DNA of 64,000 nt from Xanthobacteraceae bacterium (GCA_036557705.1 DATBHB010000016.1:13325-77324); one strand, 5' to 3'. Positions 26,319 to 36,312 are shown, counted from the first letter of the stretch. Numbers and translations: made by a program. Notes: generated from the letters alone by a model not told the origin.

Positions 26319-28010
26319 TCAGTCGAGCGGCTCGACCTTCACGATCGAAGCGTCGTGGTTGCTGCCGACCCACAGCACTGGGCGCGGTCCCGTTTCCTGG
26401 ACGAAGACCCGGCGGATATTGGTGTTGGTCCTGGGCAGGAGATATTCGGTGTACTCCCCGGTCTTGGTATCGAGCCGGTCCACCAAGTCGTTGACCATCG
26501 AGCCGGTCCACACTTCGGAAGCGTCTTTGTTCGGCACGACGTCGTACGGCGCGCCCCACTTGCTCGGCAGCGGATATTCCTTGATCTCGGCGGTCTTCGG
26601 GTCGAACATGCCGATCCCGTTGGCGCCGTATTCGGCAAACCACAACCGGTTCTGCGAGTCGACCCGGCCGCGGCGCGGCTTCGAGCCCTTCGTGGGTGTG
26701 ATGTAGATCGTGACCTTGTTGGTCTTGGCGTCCCGGATGCCGATGCTGGTGCCGCCGAAGTTCAACAGGTAGACGTTATTCTGCTGATCGGTCGGCATGC
26801 CGTAGGCGTCGATCTTGGTGCCCCGCGCATCGATGGCCTCGCCCACGTTCTCATATTTGCCGGTTGCGACGTCCAACCGGTAGTGCGCGTGATTTTCCTG
26901 GTTGTTGGTCCAGACCTTTCCGTCGACATCCGAATGCTGCGGCGAAACCATCGAGGCCTGCGTCGAGGGCGACTGCCATTCCTTCGGGAACGGATAGGTG
27001 GTCACCTGGTGGGTCTTGCGGTCCACTTTCGCAATGCCGGCCTGATACATCATCGAGAGCCAGACGTTCTGCTGTTGCGCATCGAACTCGATGTCGAGAC
27101 CGCCTTTGGGCTGCTCAGGCTTGAGCACCGGGATCGGGATATCGCTCGCCGCGCCGGTTTTCGGATCCATCACGCCGACGAACTGATTGGCGAAATCGGA
27201 GTACCAGACCTGACCGTCGCGATCGACGATGACATCGTGGGGCTGCGTCTCTTTGCGCGGCAGGTCGTATTGGGTGATGATGACCCTGGTCGCGCGGCCG
27301 GTCGGACGCGGCTGCAACTTGAAGCTGTACTCGATGCCCTCCTGATTGCCGAGCGTGACGCTCGCGAGGTAGGCCGAGGCGGGGCCCATCTGGTTGGCGG
27401 CGATCGGCGGCCGTTCGCCGCGCGGACCTGGGAGCAGCTTTTGCGGGTGCGCCGGCACCGTGCCGGGGGAATAGGTGCCCATCCGGTGGAATACCTGCTG
27501 ATATTCTTCCGGAGTATGCGGATTGCTGAGGATCCGCCTCACCGTATGGCAGCCGACGCAATTGGTCATGAACTGCTTCTGCGCGTCGCCTCCGGGCACG
27601 CTGTTGAGCCATTCGGCATTTGACAGCATGGGAAGAATGGCGCGCCTCTGCACCCTGCCGAGCTTGACGTCGGCCTTGGCGGCCGTGCCGGCGGCGACGG
27701 TGGCCTGCTTCGGGCCGACAAGCGTATAACCCGAGGCGCGGATCGAGATCGCGTAGGTGCCGGGGGCGAGGCGGTCGGCCGGGAAACTGAAATTGCCCTT
27801 GTCGTCGGACACCACCGAGACGGTGATATTGGAGCCCTCCTTTTGGGCGCTGACGATGACACCTTCCATATTGCCTTCCTCGGCAGAGGAAACGGTGCCA
27901 GTCAGCGCCGCGGAGGTTTGCGCGAACGCACTATTCGAGGCCAATCCGGCCTGGAACAGAAGGGCGCCGAAACCGACGCTCGCCAGAAGGCCGAAATTTC
28001 CAAGTCGCAT
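26319..28010 (-). CDS. Same fusion architecture, paralogue 3 (haem motif CVGCH)
   Basis: SD GGGAGA + ATG 28010, 563 aa. Signal MRLGNFGLLASVGFGALLFQAGLASNSAFA. Long runs identical with paralogue 2 (TQASMVSPQHSDVDGKVWTNNQE, NIRRVFVQETGPRPVLWVGSNH). Confidence 0.85.
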   Translation of the reverse strand: MRLGNFGLLASVGFGALLFQAGLASNSAFAQTSAALTGTVSSAEEGNMEGVIVSAQKEGSNITVSVVSDDKGNFSFPADRLAPGTYAISIRASGYTLVGPKQATVAAGTAAKADVKLGRVQRRAILPMLSNAEWLNSVPGGDAQKQFMTNCVGCHTVRRILSNPHTPEEYQQVFHRMGTYSPGTVPAHPQKLLPGPRGERPPIAANQMGPASAYLASVTLGNQEGIEYSFKLQPRPTGRATRVIITQYDLPRKETQPHDVIVDRDGQVWYSDFANQFVGVMDPKTGAASDIPIPVLKPEQPKGGLDIEFDAQQQNVWLSMMYQAGIAKVDRKTHQVTTYPFPKEWQSPSTQASMVSPQHSDVDGKVWTNNQENHAHYRLDVATGKYENVGEAIDARGTKIDAYGMPTDQQNNVYLLNFGGTSIGIRDAKTNKVTIYITPTKGSKPRRGRVDSQNRLWFAEYGANGIGMFDPKTAEIKEYPLPSKWGAPYDVVPNKDASEVWTGSMVNDLVDRLDTKTGEYTEYLLPRTNTNIRRVFVQETGPRPVLWVGSNHDASIVKVEPLD

Positions 28011-28409
28011 ACGGGTCTCCCAGATTTCCCTAGAGGGCTTGTTGACTTTACCGATCTATCCAACTGCGGTTTGCAGTCCGGATACGAAATTCCACGCACG
28101 ATTTCAGTCGCCGGCGCGCCGCCGGCACTGGCTGGAACTCTTTTCTGAATCGCGCCGCGGCAGTATCGGGCTTCGGACGCCTCGCTGCAAGCCCAGCCCA
28201 GCCGAATGCAAAACACTGCTTGTCGGCAACGCCGAGCTGCTGCGCAAGGGGCGCCCGCCCGAGGGCTGGGGCGCGCTGATGAAGGTTGTTCGTCCCCTTG
28301 CAACGCCAAAGCTCGAAGAACGCTAAGGGGGGTCTGTCGCGGCGAAAGCTATTTTCCGTCGTCCGCGATCATGGTATTCTTGTTGAGGATAGTCCAACTG
28401 GAGCGGATC

Positions 28410-28826
28410 ATGACCAGGAAAGCTTTCGGCCTTGCCGCCATGGCCGCCGCATTGCTGGCGGCGCCCGCGGTGGCCCATCATTCCTTCGCCATGTTCGATC
28501 AGACGAAGACGCTTTACCTTACCGGTACGGTGAAGGCATTCGACTTCGTCAACCCGCACGCCTGGCTCAATGTCACCGTGGCCAACGACAAGGGCGAGAC
28601 GGTGACATGGTCGTTCGAGGGGGGCTCGCCTTCGCAGCTCGTGAGGCTCGGCTGGTCGAAGGACAAGCCCAGAACAGGCGAGAAGATCGAAGTCGGTTTT
28701 CGCCCCCTCAGGGACGGCTCCCACGGCGGTCAGCTGATGAGCGTCAAGCTTCCGGCCGGCGATCGGCTGTGCTCGAACCGGGGCTGTGGCGACGGCACCG
28801 GCACCATTCTCAACGGGACTAACTAA
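28410..28826 (+). CDS. DUF6152-like small periplasmic protein (mature N-terminus His-His)
   Basis: Refined ATG 28410. Signal MTRKAFGLAAMAAALLAAPAVA | HHSFAMFDQTKTLYLTGTVKAFDFVNPHAW.... The ORF-track start 28206 is an extension. Confidence 0.7.
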   Translation: MTRKAFGLAAMAAALLAAPAVAHHSFAMFDQTKTLYLTGTVKAFDFVNPHAWLNVTVANDKGETVTWSFEGGSPSQLVRLGWSKDKPRTGEKIEVGFRPLRDGSHGGQLMSVKLPAGDRLCSNRGCGDGTGTILNGTN

Positions 28827-28830
28827 ACTA

Positions 28831-29077
28831 GTAGCCCGGATTTGCGCTTGCAAATCCGGGGAAGGCAGCGGTCCCCGGATTGCGCGATCAGCAGTGAAGC
28901 CGGCTTTGCAGCGTAAGGGGGCCGCGCAATCCGGGCTACAGTCTGTGAGAGCTAGCCGTATCTCCCTCGTAGCCCGGATTTGCGCTTGCAAATCCGGGGA
29001 AGGCAGCGGTCCCCGGATTGCGCGATCAGCAGTGAAGCCGGCTTCGCAGCGTAAGGGGGCCGCGCAATCCGGGTTAC
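28831..29077. repeat. Two near-identical 109-bp composite REP units in tandem
   Basis: Units 28831-28939 and 28969-29077 differ at two positions by eye. The last one supplies the stop of the minus-strand gene. Confidence 0.9.
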
Positions 29078-29604
29078 TAATCGAACCGCCCGTCAGGCGG
29101 AAAGCGGATGGTCTGATCGTAACGCGACGGGACGGTCATATCCTTGTCGCCGCGCGCCGGAAGCACCACGGCCTCGGCGATATAGAGATGGCCCTTGTGG
29201 TAATAGAGCGAGTCGCGCACCCGGCTGCCGTCCTTGCGATCGACCACGATCGAGACACCGAAGACCGACTTCGCATCCTGATAAACGCGCGGAAAATCGG
29301 TAAAGATCACGTTCCCCTTGCGCATCAGCTCGTAGCCCGCTTCGTTGACGAAGCTCGACCCCTGATCGGGCCGGCTGCTCACATCGACAGCGGTCAACTT
29401 GTAAACGACATGGTCGTCTTCGGCCGAATAGACCATGGCCGGCAGGCCCTTGGCATAGATCGAATCATAGGTCGATTTCATCGCCTGCGGCTTTACCGGA
29501 AACTGGATCGCGACCCCCTGGTCGAGGTAAATGTATTCCTCCCAGGCCGATGCATCGCCGGCGCCAATCAACAGCCCCGCCACGACGAGCGGAATGATAC
29601 GCAT
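29077..29604 (-). CDS. Hypothetical periplasmic protein
   Basis: SD GGGAGGAG + ATG 29604. Signal MRIIPLVVAGLLIGAGDASA. No recognisable motif. Confidence 0.65.
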   Translation of the reverse strand: MRIIPLVVAGLLIGAGDASAWEEYIYLDQGVAIQFPVKPQAMKSTYDSIYAKGLPAMVYSAEDDHVVYKLTAVDVSSRPDQGSSFVNEAGYELMRKGNVIFTDFPRVYQDAKSVFGVSIVVDRKDGSRVRDSLYYHKGHLYIAEAVVLPARGDKDMTVPSRYDQTIRFPPDGRFD

Positions 29605-29670
29605 GTAACTCCTCCCTCTTGACCGATGCATTCTAGCACGCGGCCAGCCCCAGCAACAAATTGGCGCCGG

Positions 29671-30888
29671 TCAAAACAAGCTCAGCTGAGCCGGCTCCGG
29701 GCGCGGCGGCGAGAAGTGATCGGTCGTAAGTTTCGGGGTCGCCTTGTTGAGGCCGTGCTTCTCGCAGGCAGCCTCGAAGCGGCGGCCGATCATCCAGGCG
29801 ATCGGACCGGCTCCGGTCATCCGCTTTCCAAATTCTGAATCGTAATCCTTTCCACCGCGCATGTCGCGGATGAGCTTGAAGACGTGGCGATAGCGGTCGG
29901 GAAAATTGGCCATCAGCCACTCGCGGAAAAGGTCGCGCACTTCGAGCGGCAGGCGAAGGAGCACGTAGCCGGCGCCGATCACGCCGACGGCGGCTGCGGC
30001 ATCGAGAATGCGCTCGATCTCGGCATCGTTGATCGCCGGAATGATGGGCGCGACCATGACTGAGGTGGGCACTCCTGCCTGCGAAAGCTCGCGCAGCGCC
30101 TGGAGACGGCGCGCTGGCGTCGGCGCCCTCGGCTCCATGACCCGCGCCAGCTTGGCATCGAGAGTCGTGACTGAGAGCGCGACCTTCACCAGATTGCGCC
30201 TGGCCATGCGCGAGAGAATATCGAGATCGCGCAGCACCAGCGCGGATTTCGTCACGATCCCGACCGGATGGCCGAAATTGTCGAGCACTTCGAGAATGCG
30301 CCGCATGATCTGATGCTGCCGCTCGATCGGCTGATAGGGATCGGTATTGGTCCCGATCGCAATCGTGCGCGGCGAATATTTCGGATCGGAGAGTTCGCGC
30401 TCGAGGAGTCGTGGCGAATCGGGTTTTGCGAACAGTTTCGATTCGAAATCGAGCCCGGGCGAGAGCCCGAGATAGGCATGGGTCGGCCGAGCAAAGCAGT
30501 AGATGCAGCCGTGCTCGCAGCCGCGATAAGGATTGATCGAGCGGTCGAATGAGATATCCGGAGAATCGTTACGCGTGATGATCCGCCGCGTCGCATCGGT
30601 CGAGACCGTCGTCTTGAACGGCGACAGCTCTTCAAGCTCCTGCCATCCGTCATCGAAGGCAATGCGGGCGAGCGGCTCGTAGCGGCCCGATGCATTCGAT
30701 TGCGCGCCGCGGCCACGGCGGCGACCCGCCTCGATCGCGACCGTTGTGTCGGGGGGCATGTCGAGATCGACCGCCGCTGGGTGCGGCGGGACCAGATCGG
30801 CCGCCGGGCTGCGGCGCGCAAAGGCGCCCGCGGACGAGGCCACTTGAACCGCGGGCGAACGGCGAAGAGCTGAAGACGAGCGACTCAT
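29671..30888 (-). CDS. Radical SAM protein (PA0069-type)
   Basis: CEHGCIYC (CX3CX2C) in SINPYRGCEHGCIYCFARPTHAY. Start is ATG 30888 or TTG 30918. Confidence 0.85.
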   Translation of the reverse strand: MSRSSSALRRSPAVQVASSAGAFARRSPAADLVPPHPAAVDLDMPPDTTVAIEAGRRRGRGAQSNASGRYEPLARIAFDDGWQELEELSPFKTTVSTDATRRIITRNDSPDISFDRSINPYRGCEHGCIYCFARPTHAYLGLSPGLDFESKLFAKPDSPRLLERELSDPKYSPRTIAIGTNTDPYQPIERQHQIMRRILEVLDNFGHPVGIVTKSALVLRDLDILSRMARRNLVKVALSVTTLDAKLARVMEPRAPTPARRLQALRELSQAGVPTSVMVAPIIPAINDAEIERILDAAAAVGVIGAGYVLLRLPLEVRDLFREWLMANFPDRYRHVFKLIRDMRGGKDYDSEFGKRMTGAGPIAWMIGRRFEAACEKHGLNKATPKLTTDHFSPPRPEPAQLSLF

Positions 30889-30942
30889 CTGCCGAATGTA
30901 GCTCCCCGCCTGGAACAAATCAAGAACATTTTTTTGCTGGGC

Positions 30943-31225
30943 GTAGGGCGGATTAGCGCGGCCGAGCCGTACATTGCATGCCGCTCTCGTCCCGCGCGTA
31001 ATCCGCCGGGAAGGCGGGTTACGGCGCGCCCTGGAGCGGGCATGCGCAGGGGGGCGCGCCTAATCTTACTGAGTCACAACCTTCGTAGGGTGGGCAAAAT
31101 CGCGTGGCACCGCCTGACAGCGTGGGCAATCAGCGCGTTTACGCGCGTCTTCGACGCGCTATGGGCGCACGGCGCGATTTTGCCCACGCGGTCGGCATTG
31201 GAGAAGGCGCCGTTGCCCACCCTAC
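30943..31225. repeat. Composite repeat region: GGCGGATTAGCGCG / CGCGTAATCCGCC palindromes plus a family-2 element (31085-31225)
   Basis: Family-2 termini GTAGGGTGGGCAAAATCGCG ... CGCCGTTGCCCACCCTAC. Internal module CAGCGCGTTTACGCGCGTCTTCGACGCGCTATGGG. Confidence 0.8.
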
Positions 31226-31256
31226 GATGTTTCTGACGCAGTAAGACTAACCAGCC

Positions 31257-31820
31257 CTACACCGTTGCGCCTTTGGCCTTGGCGCGGCGCAGATGCTCGT
31301 CGAGCCGCGGCATGATCTCGACGAAATTGCAGGGAGCGTAGCGGTAGTCGAACTGGTGCACGAGGATTTCGTCCCAGGCATCGCGGCAGGCGCCCGGCGA
31401 TCCCGGCAAGCAGAAGATGTAGGTCGAATTGGCAACGCCCGCGGTCGCGCGCGTCTGGATCGCCGACGTCCCGATCTTGCGGAAACTGACCATCAGGAAC
31501 AGGACCGCAAAGGCGTCCATCTTCTTCTCGAACAACGGCTCGACCGCCTCGGGGGTCACATCGCGGCCGGTAAATCCTGTGCCGCCGGTGGTGATGATCA
31601 CATCGATGGCCGGGGCTTCGATCCATTCCTTGACCCGCGCGCGGATCGCCTGGACGTCATCAGGCACGATAGTGCGATCGGCAAGGTAATGTCCGGCAGC
31701 CTTGATCCTCTCCGAGAGCGTCGCGCCCGATTTGTCATCCGCCAGCTGGCGCGTATCGGAGACGGTCAGGACCCCGAATTTGAGGGGGATCAATTGCTTG
31801 CTTTCGTCAATTCCTGGCAT
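31257..31820 (-). CDS. moaB: Molybdenum cofactor biosynthesis protein B (MoaB/MogA family)
   Basis: 187 aa. ITTGGTGFTGRDVTPEA motif. Confidence 0.85.
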   Translation of the reverse strand: MPGIDESKQLIPLKFGVLTVSDTRQLADDKSGATLSERIKAAGHYLADRTIVPDDVQAIRARVKEWIEAPAIDVIITTGGTGFTGRDVTPEAVEPLFEKKMDAFAVLFLMVSFRKIGTSAIQTRATAGVANSTYIFCLPGSPGACRDAWDEILVHQFDYRYAPCNFVEIMPRLDEHLRRAKAKGATV

Positions 31821-31911
31821 TGCACGTCAAGAGCTGGGATGTCAGTCGGGATCTCAGTCGGTCCGCATTGGGATTTAACTCTTAAACCGCGCGGGTTCAA
31901 CCGTAAGCCCG

Positions 31912-32430
31912 TTACTCCTTGAGGTAGAGCGAATGGCAGGTGTCGCAGGCAATGCCGAGCGCCCTGTAGAGCCGCTTGATCTCGTCCTCGTCCATCGCGC
32001 GGCTCAACTCGTATGCGGTGTTCGCGGCCGCCGTCGAGCGGCGATAAAAGTCGCCGAAATCCGTCCAGATATCCGGCGATGCCGTGGTAGCGGTAGCGGG
32101 GTCGAGTTCGGCATCCTCCCGCCACTGGTTCGAGTTGGGTGGAAACAGATGTGGAAATGCCATCAACATCACCGAAGCATCATCGGCGTCCTCGCGAGCG
32201 GCCTGCACATCGATTTTCCGCTGCGAGATCATGCTGCCGATCTTGTCCATCTTGTCCATGATGGAATTCATCAGGGTCTTGCGGGCGACGATCACGTCGC
32301 TTGCCGCGGCGGCAGTCTGGTCTTCACTCGAAGCCGAGAAGCTAAAAGCCACCGAGCATGCCAGCGCGCAGGCGACCACAACCGCCATGCGGCTCCTTGA
32401 ACGCCAGACGCTTCGGCCTTCGCCCGTCAT
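31912..32430 (-). CDS. Class II c-type cytochrome (cytochrome c' / c-556 type)
   Basis: Single C-terminal haem site CDTCHSLY and a four-helix-like sequence. Start is ATG 32430 or ATG 32388 (SD AGGAG); the ORF-track TTG 32445 is less likely. Confidence 0.75.
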   Translation of the reverse strand: MTGEGRSVWRSRSRMAVVVACALACSVAFSFSASSEDQTAAAASDVIVARKTLMNSIMDKMDKIGSMISQRKIDVQAAREDADDASVMLMAFPHLFPPNSNQWREDAELDPATATTASPDIWTDFGDFYRRSTAAANTAYELSRAMDEDEIKRLYRALGIACDTCHSLYLKE

Positions 32431-32458
32431 CGCGTTGGTTTCCAAGGCGGGGGTTGGA

Positions 32459-33349
32459 CTACACCGCCGCCCTTGTTACTGCGGGAGATCGATGGTCGTC
32501 TTCGAAGAGTCCGCGTTCGTGCAGCCACTGCTGAGTCCCGCCATAGACCGAATCGGTATACGGCAGAAACACGATGCGCTCCCCTGTCGAGAACCGTCGG
32601 ACGTCGATACCAGGCTTGTACCGGTCCGGAATCTCGTTGGCATAAAAGTGTTTGTAGTGTTCGGGTTCGAAATCGAGATCCATCTGCGCGCGGCGCAAGC
32701 CGTTCATGTAGCGTTTGACATTCTCCGCGGCCACTCCCGCCGGGAACATGAAGGCGATCATGAATGTGCTGTCCACGATCCTCCGAAATCCCAATTGCTC
32801 CAAGACCTGATAGCTCAATCCCCAGACGCTGGTCGCCGGAACGTCGCGATCGACCGCGACGTCCACGCGCGCCCAGATCGAACCGACGAATTTCAGATTG
32901 ATCTGGTCAGGAGGCAGAAATGGCTCGAGCGACTGAATGGTCGTGAAATGGCTGCCGGAGTGATAGCCGACCGCGATGTCCCGCGCGGCGAGATCCTCCG
33001 GCCGGCGGATGTCGGAATCCGGCGGCACCATGATGCCGCCGGGAGTGACCACATAGGAATCCCGCCACATGACCCCGATCTGCTGAGCCGAGGCCTGGCC
33101 GATTGCCCAATGGCAAGCGCACGAAATATCGGACTTGACGCCCTTGTTGCCTCCTGCGTGCCTGTAGGCTTCAAAGGCACCGGCCCGTACCTCTCTGATC
33201 CGCCCAGAGACGTCGATCGCCTTTCGACTCTGCGCCGCCCAGCCGGTCTGGAACTCGTAGTCGAGTCCCTCGTCACGGAAATAGCCCTTCGCATCGGCAA
33301 TCCATTCCTGAAGCCTGCCATGCGGTTGGATGATGAATTTTGACACCAT
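32459..33349 (-). CDS. Periplasmic-binding-protein-fold (NMT1/THI5-like) protein without signal peptide
   Basis: SD GGAGGA + ATG 33349: MVSKFIIQPHGRLQEWIADAKGYFRDEGLDYEF.... Family assignment is tentative. Confidence 0.5.
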   Translation of the reverse strand: MVSKFIIQPHGRLQEWIADAKGYFRDEGLDYEFQTGWAAQSRKAIDVSGRIREVRAGAFEAYRHAGGNKGVKSDISCACHWAIGQASAQQIGVMWRDSYVVTPGGIMVPPDSDIRRPEDLAARDIAVGYHSGSHFTTIQSLEPFLPPDQINLKFVGSIWARVDVAVDRDVPATSVWGLSYQVLEQLGFRRIVDSTFMIAFMFPAGVAAENVKRYMNGLRRAQMDLDFEPEHYKHFYANEIPDRYKPGIDVRRFSTGERIVFLPYTDSVYGGTQQWLHERGLFEDDHRSPAVTRAAV

Positions 33350-33569
33350 TATCCTCCGTAATGCTCGCGTCCCGGCATCGACCCCGCGCGGCGCAGGATA
33401 GGGCCGACCGGGGAGCCGTACCAGTCGGATTTGGCCCCACTCCATCGCATTGACAACACCGGTTTCTGCCCTACCACAGCCCGAAGCATCGAGTTAGCTG
33501 CTAATCGAGGTGCTGGCCAAGAGACTTCCCGGCCTACAAGAAACGCGGTAGCCGGCTTGGGCTTTGGCA

Positions 33570-34850
33570 ATGGCGGGTGTATCGCCTGGTCAAGTTTTGG
33601 AAATGCAGCAGCGGCGCACCAGTTTGAGCGAATCACCAGCACAAGTGGCGCGCGCGCCAAACGCCCTGTTTGCTGTGGCGCTTGCATCGATATCGCTGAT
33701 TGGGCCGCTGGCCATTCATCTGTTTCTCCCGGCCATACCGGCGGTGAAAGCAGCACTTGATCTCTCCGATGCGCTGGCGCAGCTCACGTTCAGCGTCGCA
33801 CTGTTAGGGATGGGGGGTGCGAACCTGTTCTACGGTGCGCTTTCGGACCGCTTTGGCCGGCGCCCATTGTTGCTGTCGGGCCTCTGCCTCTTTCTCGTCG
33901 GAAGTTTCGTCTCATTGCTGGCGACTTCGATTTGGGTGCTGGTGGCGGGACGGCTGCTGCAGGCAATCGGCGCCGGCTGCGGCGTGACGCTGGCGCGTGC
34001 GATAGCCTCGGATGTCTACGGCCAGCGCTCTCTCGCCAAGGCGATCGCGTACCTCACGATGTTCTATACGCTCGGCCCAATGATCTCGCCGTTGATTGGC
34101 GGGATTCTCATCGATGCCTATGGATGGCGGAGCATCTTCGTCTTTGCGATCCTGGTCGGAGGTCTCATCCTCGTCAACGCCTATGGAGCAGTTTTCGAAA
34201 CTCGTTCAGTGCGCCAAGCGGCTTCCCCCAAGGTGCTCCTGCAAGGTTTCGGAGAACTCTTCGGAGAGGCGCGGTTCATGTCGTTCGTCCTGCAAACCGG
34301 ATTTAGCACCGGCACTTTCCTCGCGCTTGCCGCCGCCGCTTCGAGTCTGATGAAGGAGCTACTCGATCGGCCCTCGTCCGAATTCGGCGTCTATTTCCTG
34401 CTGTTTCCGCTCGGGCTTCTGAGCGGCAATTTTATCTCGACACGGCTGAGCGGCCGGTTTGCGAACGAATCAATGGTGCTTGCCGGCTCGACAATGTCTC
34501 TGAGCACAATTGCGATTCAGTCCGGTTTTCTCTTGGCCGGACATGTGACGCCGCTCACGCTGTTTTTGCCTGGCTTTCTCATCAGCTTCGCTCAGGGAAT
34601 TGCCCTGCCGTTCAGCCAGGCTGGAGCCATAGCGGTCAGACCCCACCTCGCGGGGGCCGCTGCAGGAATTGGCGTCCTGGCCCAGAACCTTTGCGGTGCC
34701 GGCTTCGTACAGCTCTATGGCCTGGTCGCAAACGGCACGCCTCTGCCCCTGGTTGCAACGACCTCGATCTCGGCTTTTCTCTGCTTCCTTGCAGGCGCTG
34801 CCGCGTATCGGTTGAGGCAGCCGCCAACCGCCCCGGGGCGGGCCGACTGA
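33570..34850 (+). CDS. MFS transporter (Bcr/CflA-like drug efflux)
   Basis: About 12 hydrophobic segments and MFS motif A GALSDRFGRRP. Start uncertain (TTG 33564, ATG 33570 or ATG 33603). Confidence 0.85.
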   Translation: MAGVSPGQVLEMQQRRTSLSESPAQVARAPNALFAVALASISLIGPLAIHLFLPAIPAVKAALDLSDALAQLTFSVALLGMGGANLFYGALSDRFGRRPLLLSGLCLFLVGSFVSLLATSIWVLVAGRLLQAIGAGCGVTLARAIASDVYGQRSLAKAIAYLTMFYTLGPMISPLIGGILIDAYGWRSIFVFAILVGGLILVNAYGAVFETRSVRQAASPKVLLQGFGELFGEARFMSFVLQTGFSTGTFLALAAAASSLMKELLDRPSSEFGVYFLLFPLGLLSGNFISTRLSGRFANESMVLAGSTMSLSTIAIQSGFLLAGHVTPLTLFLPGFLISFAQGIALPFSQAGAIAVRPHLAGAAAGIGVLAQNLCGAGFVQLYGLVANGTPLPLVATTSISAFLCFLAGAAAYRLRQPPTAPGRAD

Positions 34851-35184
34851 CGCACCTCTCCGGCAGGGCGGCGTTTGGGCGGACCGGGGTCTCCACACGC
34901 TCCTGAGACGATCAAAATGCCGCGTCCGCCGTTGACATGGAGCGGTGGACGGTCTTCAAGTCCGCTGAACGGCACCCCGTCCATAGCGCCCGTCGCGGTT
35001 GGCCATCGGCATCCGTGCGGGAGTGAATTGCCGGCGACGAGCTGGCCCGGTCGCAGCCTACCCGGTCAAAACAAGGAGCCCTTCGTGACCGCGCACCCCG
35101 TCCGATTTGGCGGATCCGGTTTCCATTGCCGGCTTGCGCAAGGCCGCGGCCGGGATCCAATGCGTCCGATTTGAGACTGCTGCC

Positions 35185-35541
35185 ATGTACACGATCTCCA
35201 AATCTTTCGCATTTTCGGCCTCGCACGTGATTGGCGGCTTACCGGCGGATCATCCCTGCGCGCGGCTGCACGGCCACAATTACGAAGTCGTCGTCGTCTT
35301 GGAGGCGGCCGCCCTCGATACGGTGGGATTCGTGCGCGATTATCACGAACTTTCGGCGGTGCGCGACCTCATCGAGGCGACGTTCGACCACAAGCATCTC
35401 AACGACGTGCTCGGCCACGACCGGACCACCAGCGAAGTGATCAGCAAGTGGCTGTACGACTGGTGCAAGGCGCGTTGGCCCGAGGTTGCGGCCGTGCGGG
35501 TGAGCGAGACACCGCGGGTCTGGGCCGAATACCGGGCATGA
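35185..35541 (+). CDS. queD: 6-carboxy-5,6,7,8-tetrahydropterin synthase
   Basis: Refined ATG 35185, 118 aa. [11 protein letters not shown] zinc/His motif. Overlaps queE (ATGA). Confidence 0.9.
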   Translation: MYTISKSFAFSASHVIGGLPADHPCARLHGHNYEVVVVLEAAALDTVGFVRDYHELSAVRDLIEATFDHKHLNDVLGHDRTTSEVISKWLYDWCKARWPEVAAVRVSETPRVWAEYRA

Positions 35542-36266
35542 ATGCCATCCGTGTCAGTGAAATCTTCGGGCCGACCATCCAGGGCGAAGGGCCGCTGATC
35601 GGCCGCCCGACTGTATTCGTGCGGACCGGCGGCTGCGATTATCGCTGCGCCTGGTGCGATACTCTCTATGCGGTGCTGCCGAAATACAGGGATGAATGGA
35701 GATTGATGGGCCCGGTCGAGATTATGGCGCGGGTCGATGAACTCGCCGGCGGCAAGCCGGTCCTGATTTCGCTGTCCGGCGGCAATCCAGCCTTGCAACC
35801 GCTGGCCCCGCTGATCGAGCTTGGCCGGCGCAGCGGCCATGGTTTGCTGTTGGAGACGCAGGGCAGCGTCGCTCAGCCCTGGTTCGCCGCACTCGATTGG
35901 CTGATTCTCAGCCCGAAACCGCCCTCCGCGGGCACGACGGCTGACTGGGATGCCTTCGCAGCATGCCTCAAATCCGCAAGGGGGCGGCCGCGCTGTGCTC
36001 TCAAGATCGCTGTGTTCGATGAGGATGACTACAGGTTTGCCCGGGAGGCGGCCGGCCGTCACCCGGAATTGCCGGTCTACTTACAGGTCGGAAACCCTGC
36101 ACCGTTGAGCGCCGGCGGCGGCCTCCTTCCCGAGCCGGCTGACATTGAGGATCTGCTCCGACGCTTCCGCTGGCTGGTCGACATGGTGACGGCCGACCAT
36201 TGGTTTACCGCAACCGTTCTTCCGCAGCTTCATGTATTGGCTTGGGGCAACAGACGGGGCGTATGA
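35538..36266 (+). CDS. queE: 7-carboxy-7-deazaguanine synthase (radical SAM)
   Basis: Refined ATG 35538. [36 protein letters not shown]. Confidence 0.9.
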   Translation: MNAIRVSEIFGPTIQGEGPLIGRPTVFVRTGGCDYRCAWCDTLYAVLPKYRDEWRLMGPVEIMARVDELAGGKPVLISLSGGNPALQPLAPLIELGRRSGHGLLLETQGSVAQPWFAALDWLILSPKPPSAGTTADWDAFAACLKSARGRPRCALKIAVFDEDDYRFAREAAGRHPELPVYLQVGNPAPLSAGGGLLPEPADIEDLLRRFRWLVDMVTADHWFTATVLPQLHVLAWGNRRGV

Positions 36267-36312
36267 ATCGTCAGCCGGGTTCAGGAGTCGCGGCCCAGTG
36301 TGGAAGCCGAAC

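Noticed and set aside
26121-27623. Very long ORFs antisense to well-supported genes. Examples: 26121-27623 (+, 500 aa), 17239-18294 (+), 19767-20330 (+), 7122-8366 (-), 12241-13656 (-), 15205-16671 (-), 40056-41210 (-), 22497-23609 (-), 61765-62979 (-), 62754-63851 (-), 1331-2488 (-).
   Set aside because: These are typical high-GC shadow ORFs. The products are Arg/Gly/Pro/Ala-rich and low in complexity, with no motifs or SD-supported starts. Each lies opposite a gene with strong family signatures.
34851-35184. The 330-bp leader before queD was inspected for a preQ1 riboswitch.
   Set aside because: No compact preQ1-I or preQ1-II-like hairpin with an A-rich tail was recognisable by eye. A covariance-model search would be needed to exclude it.
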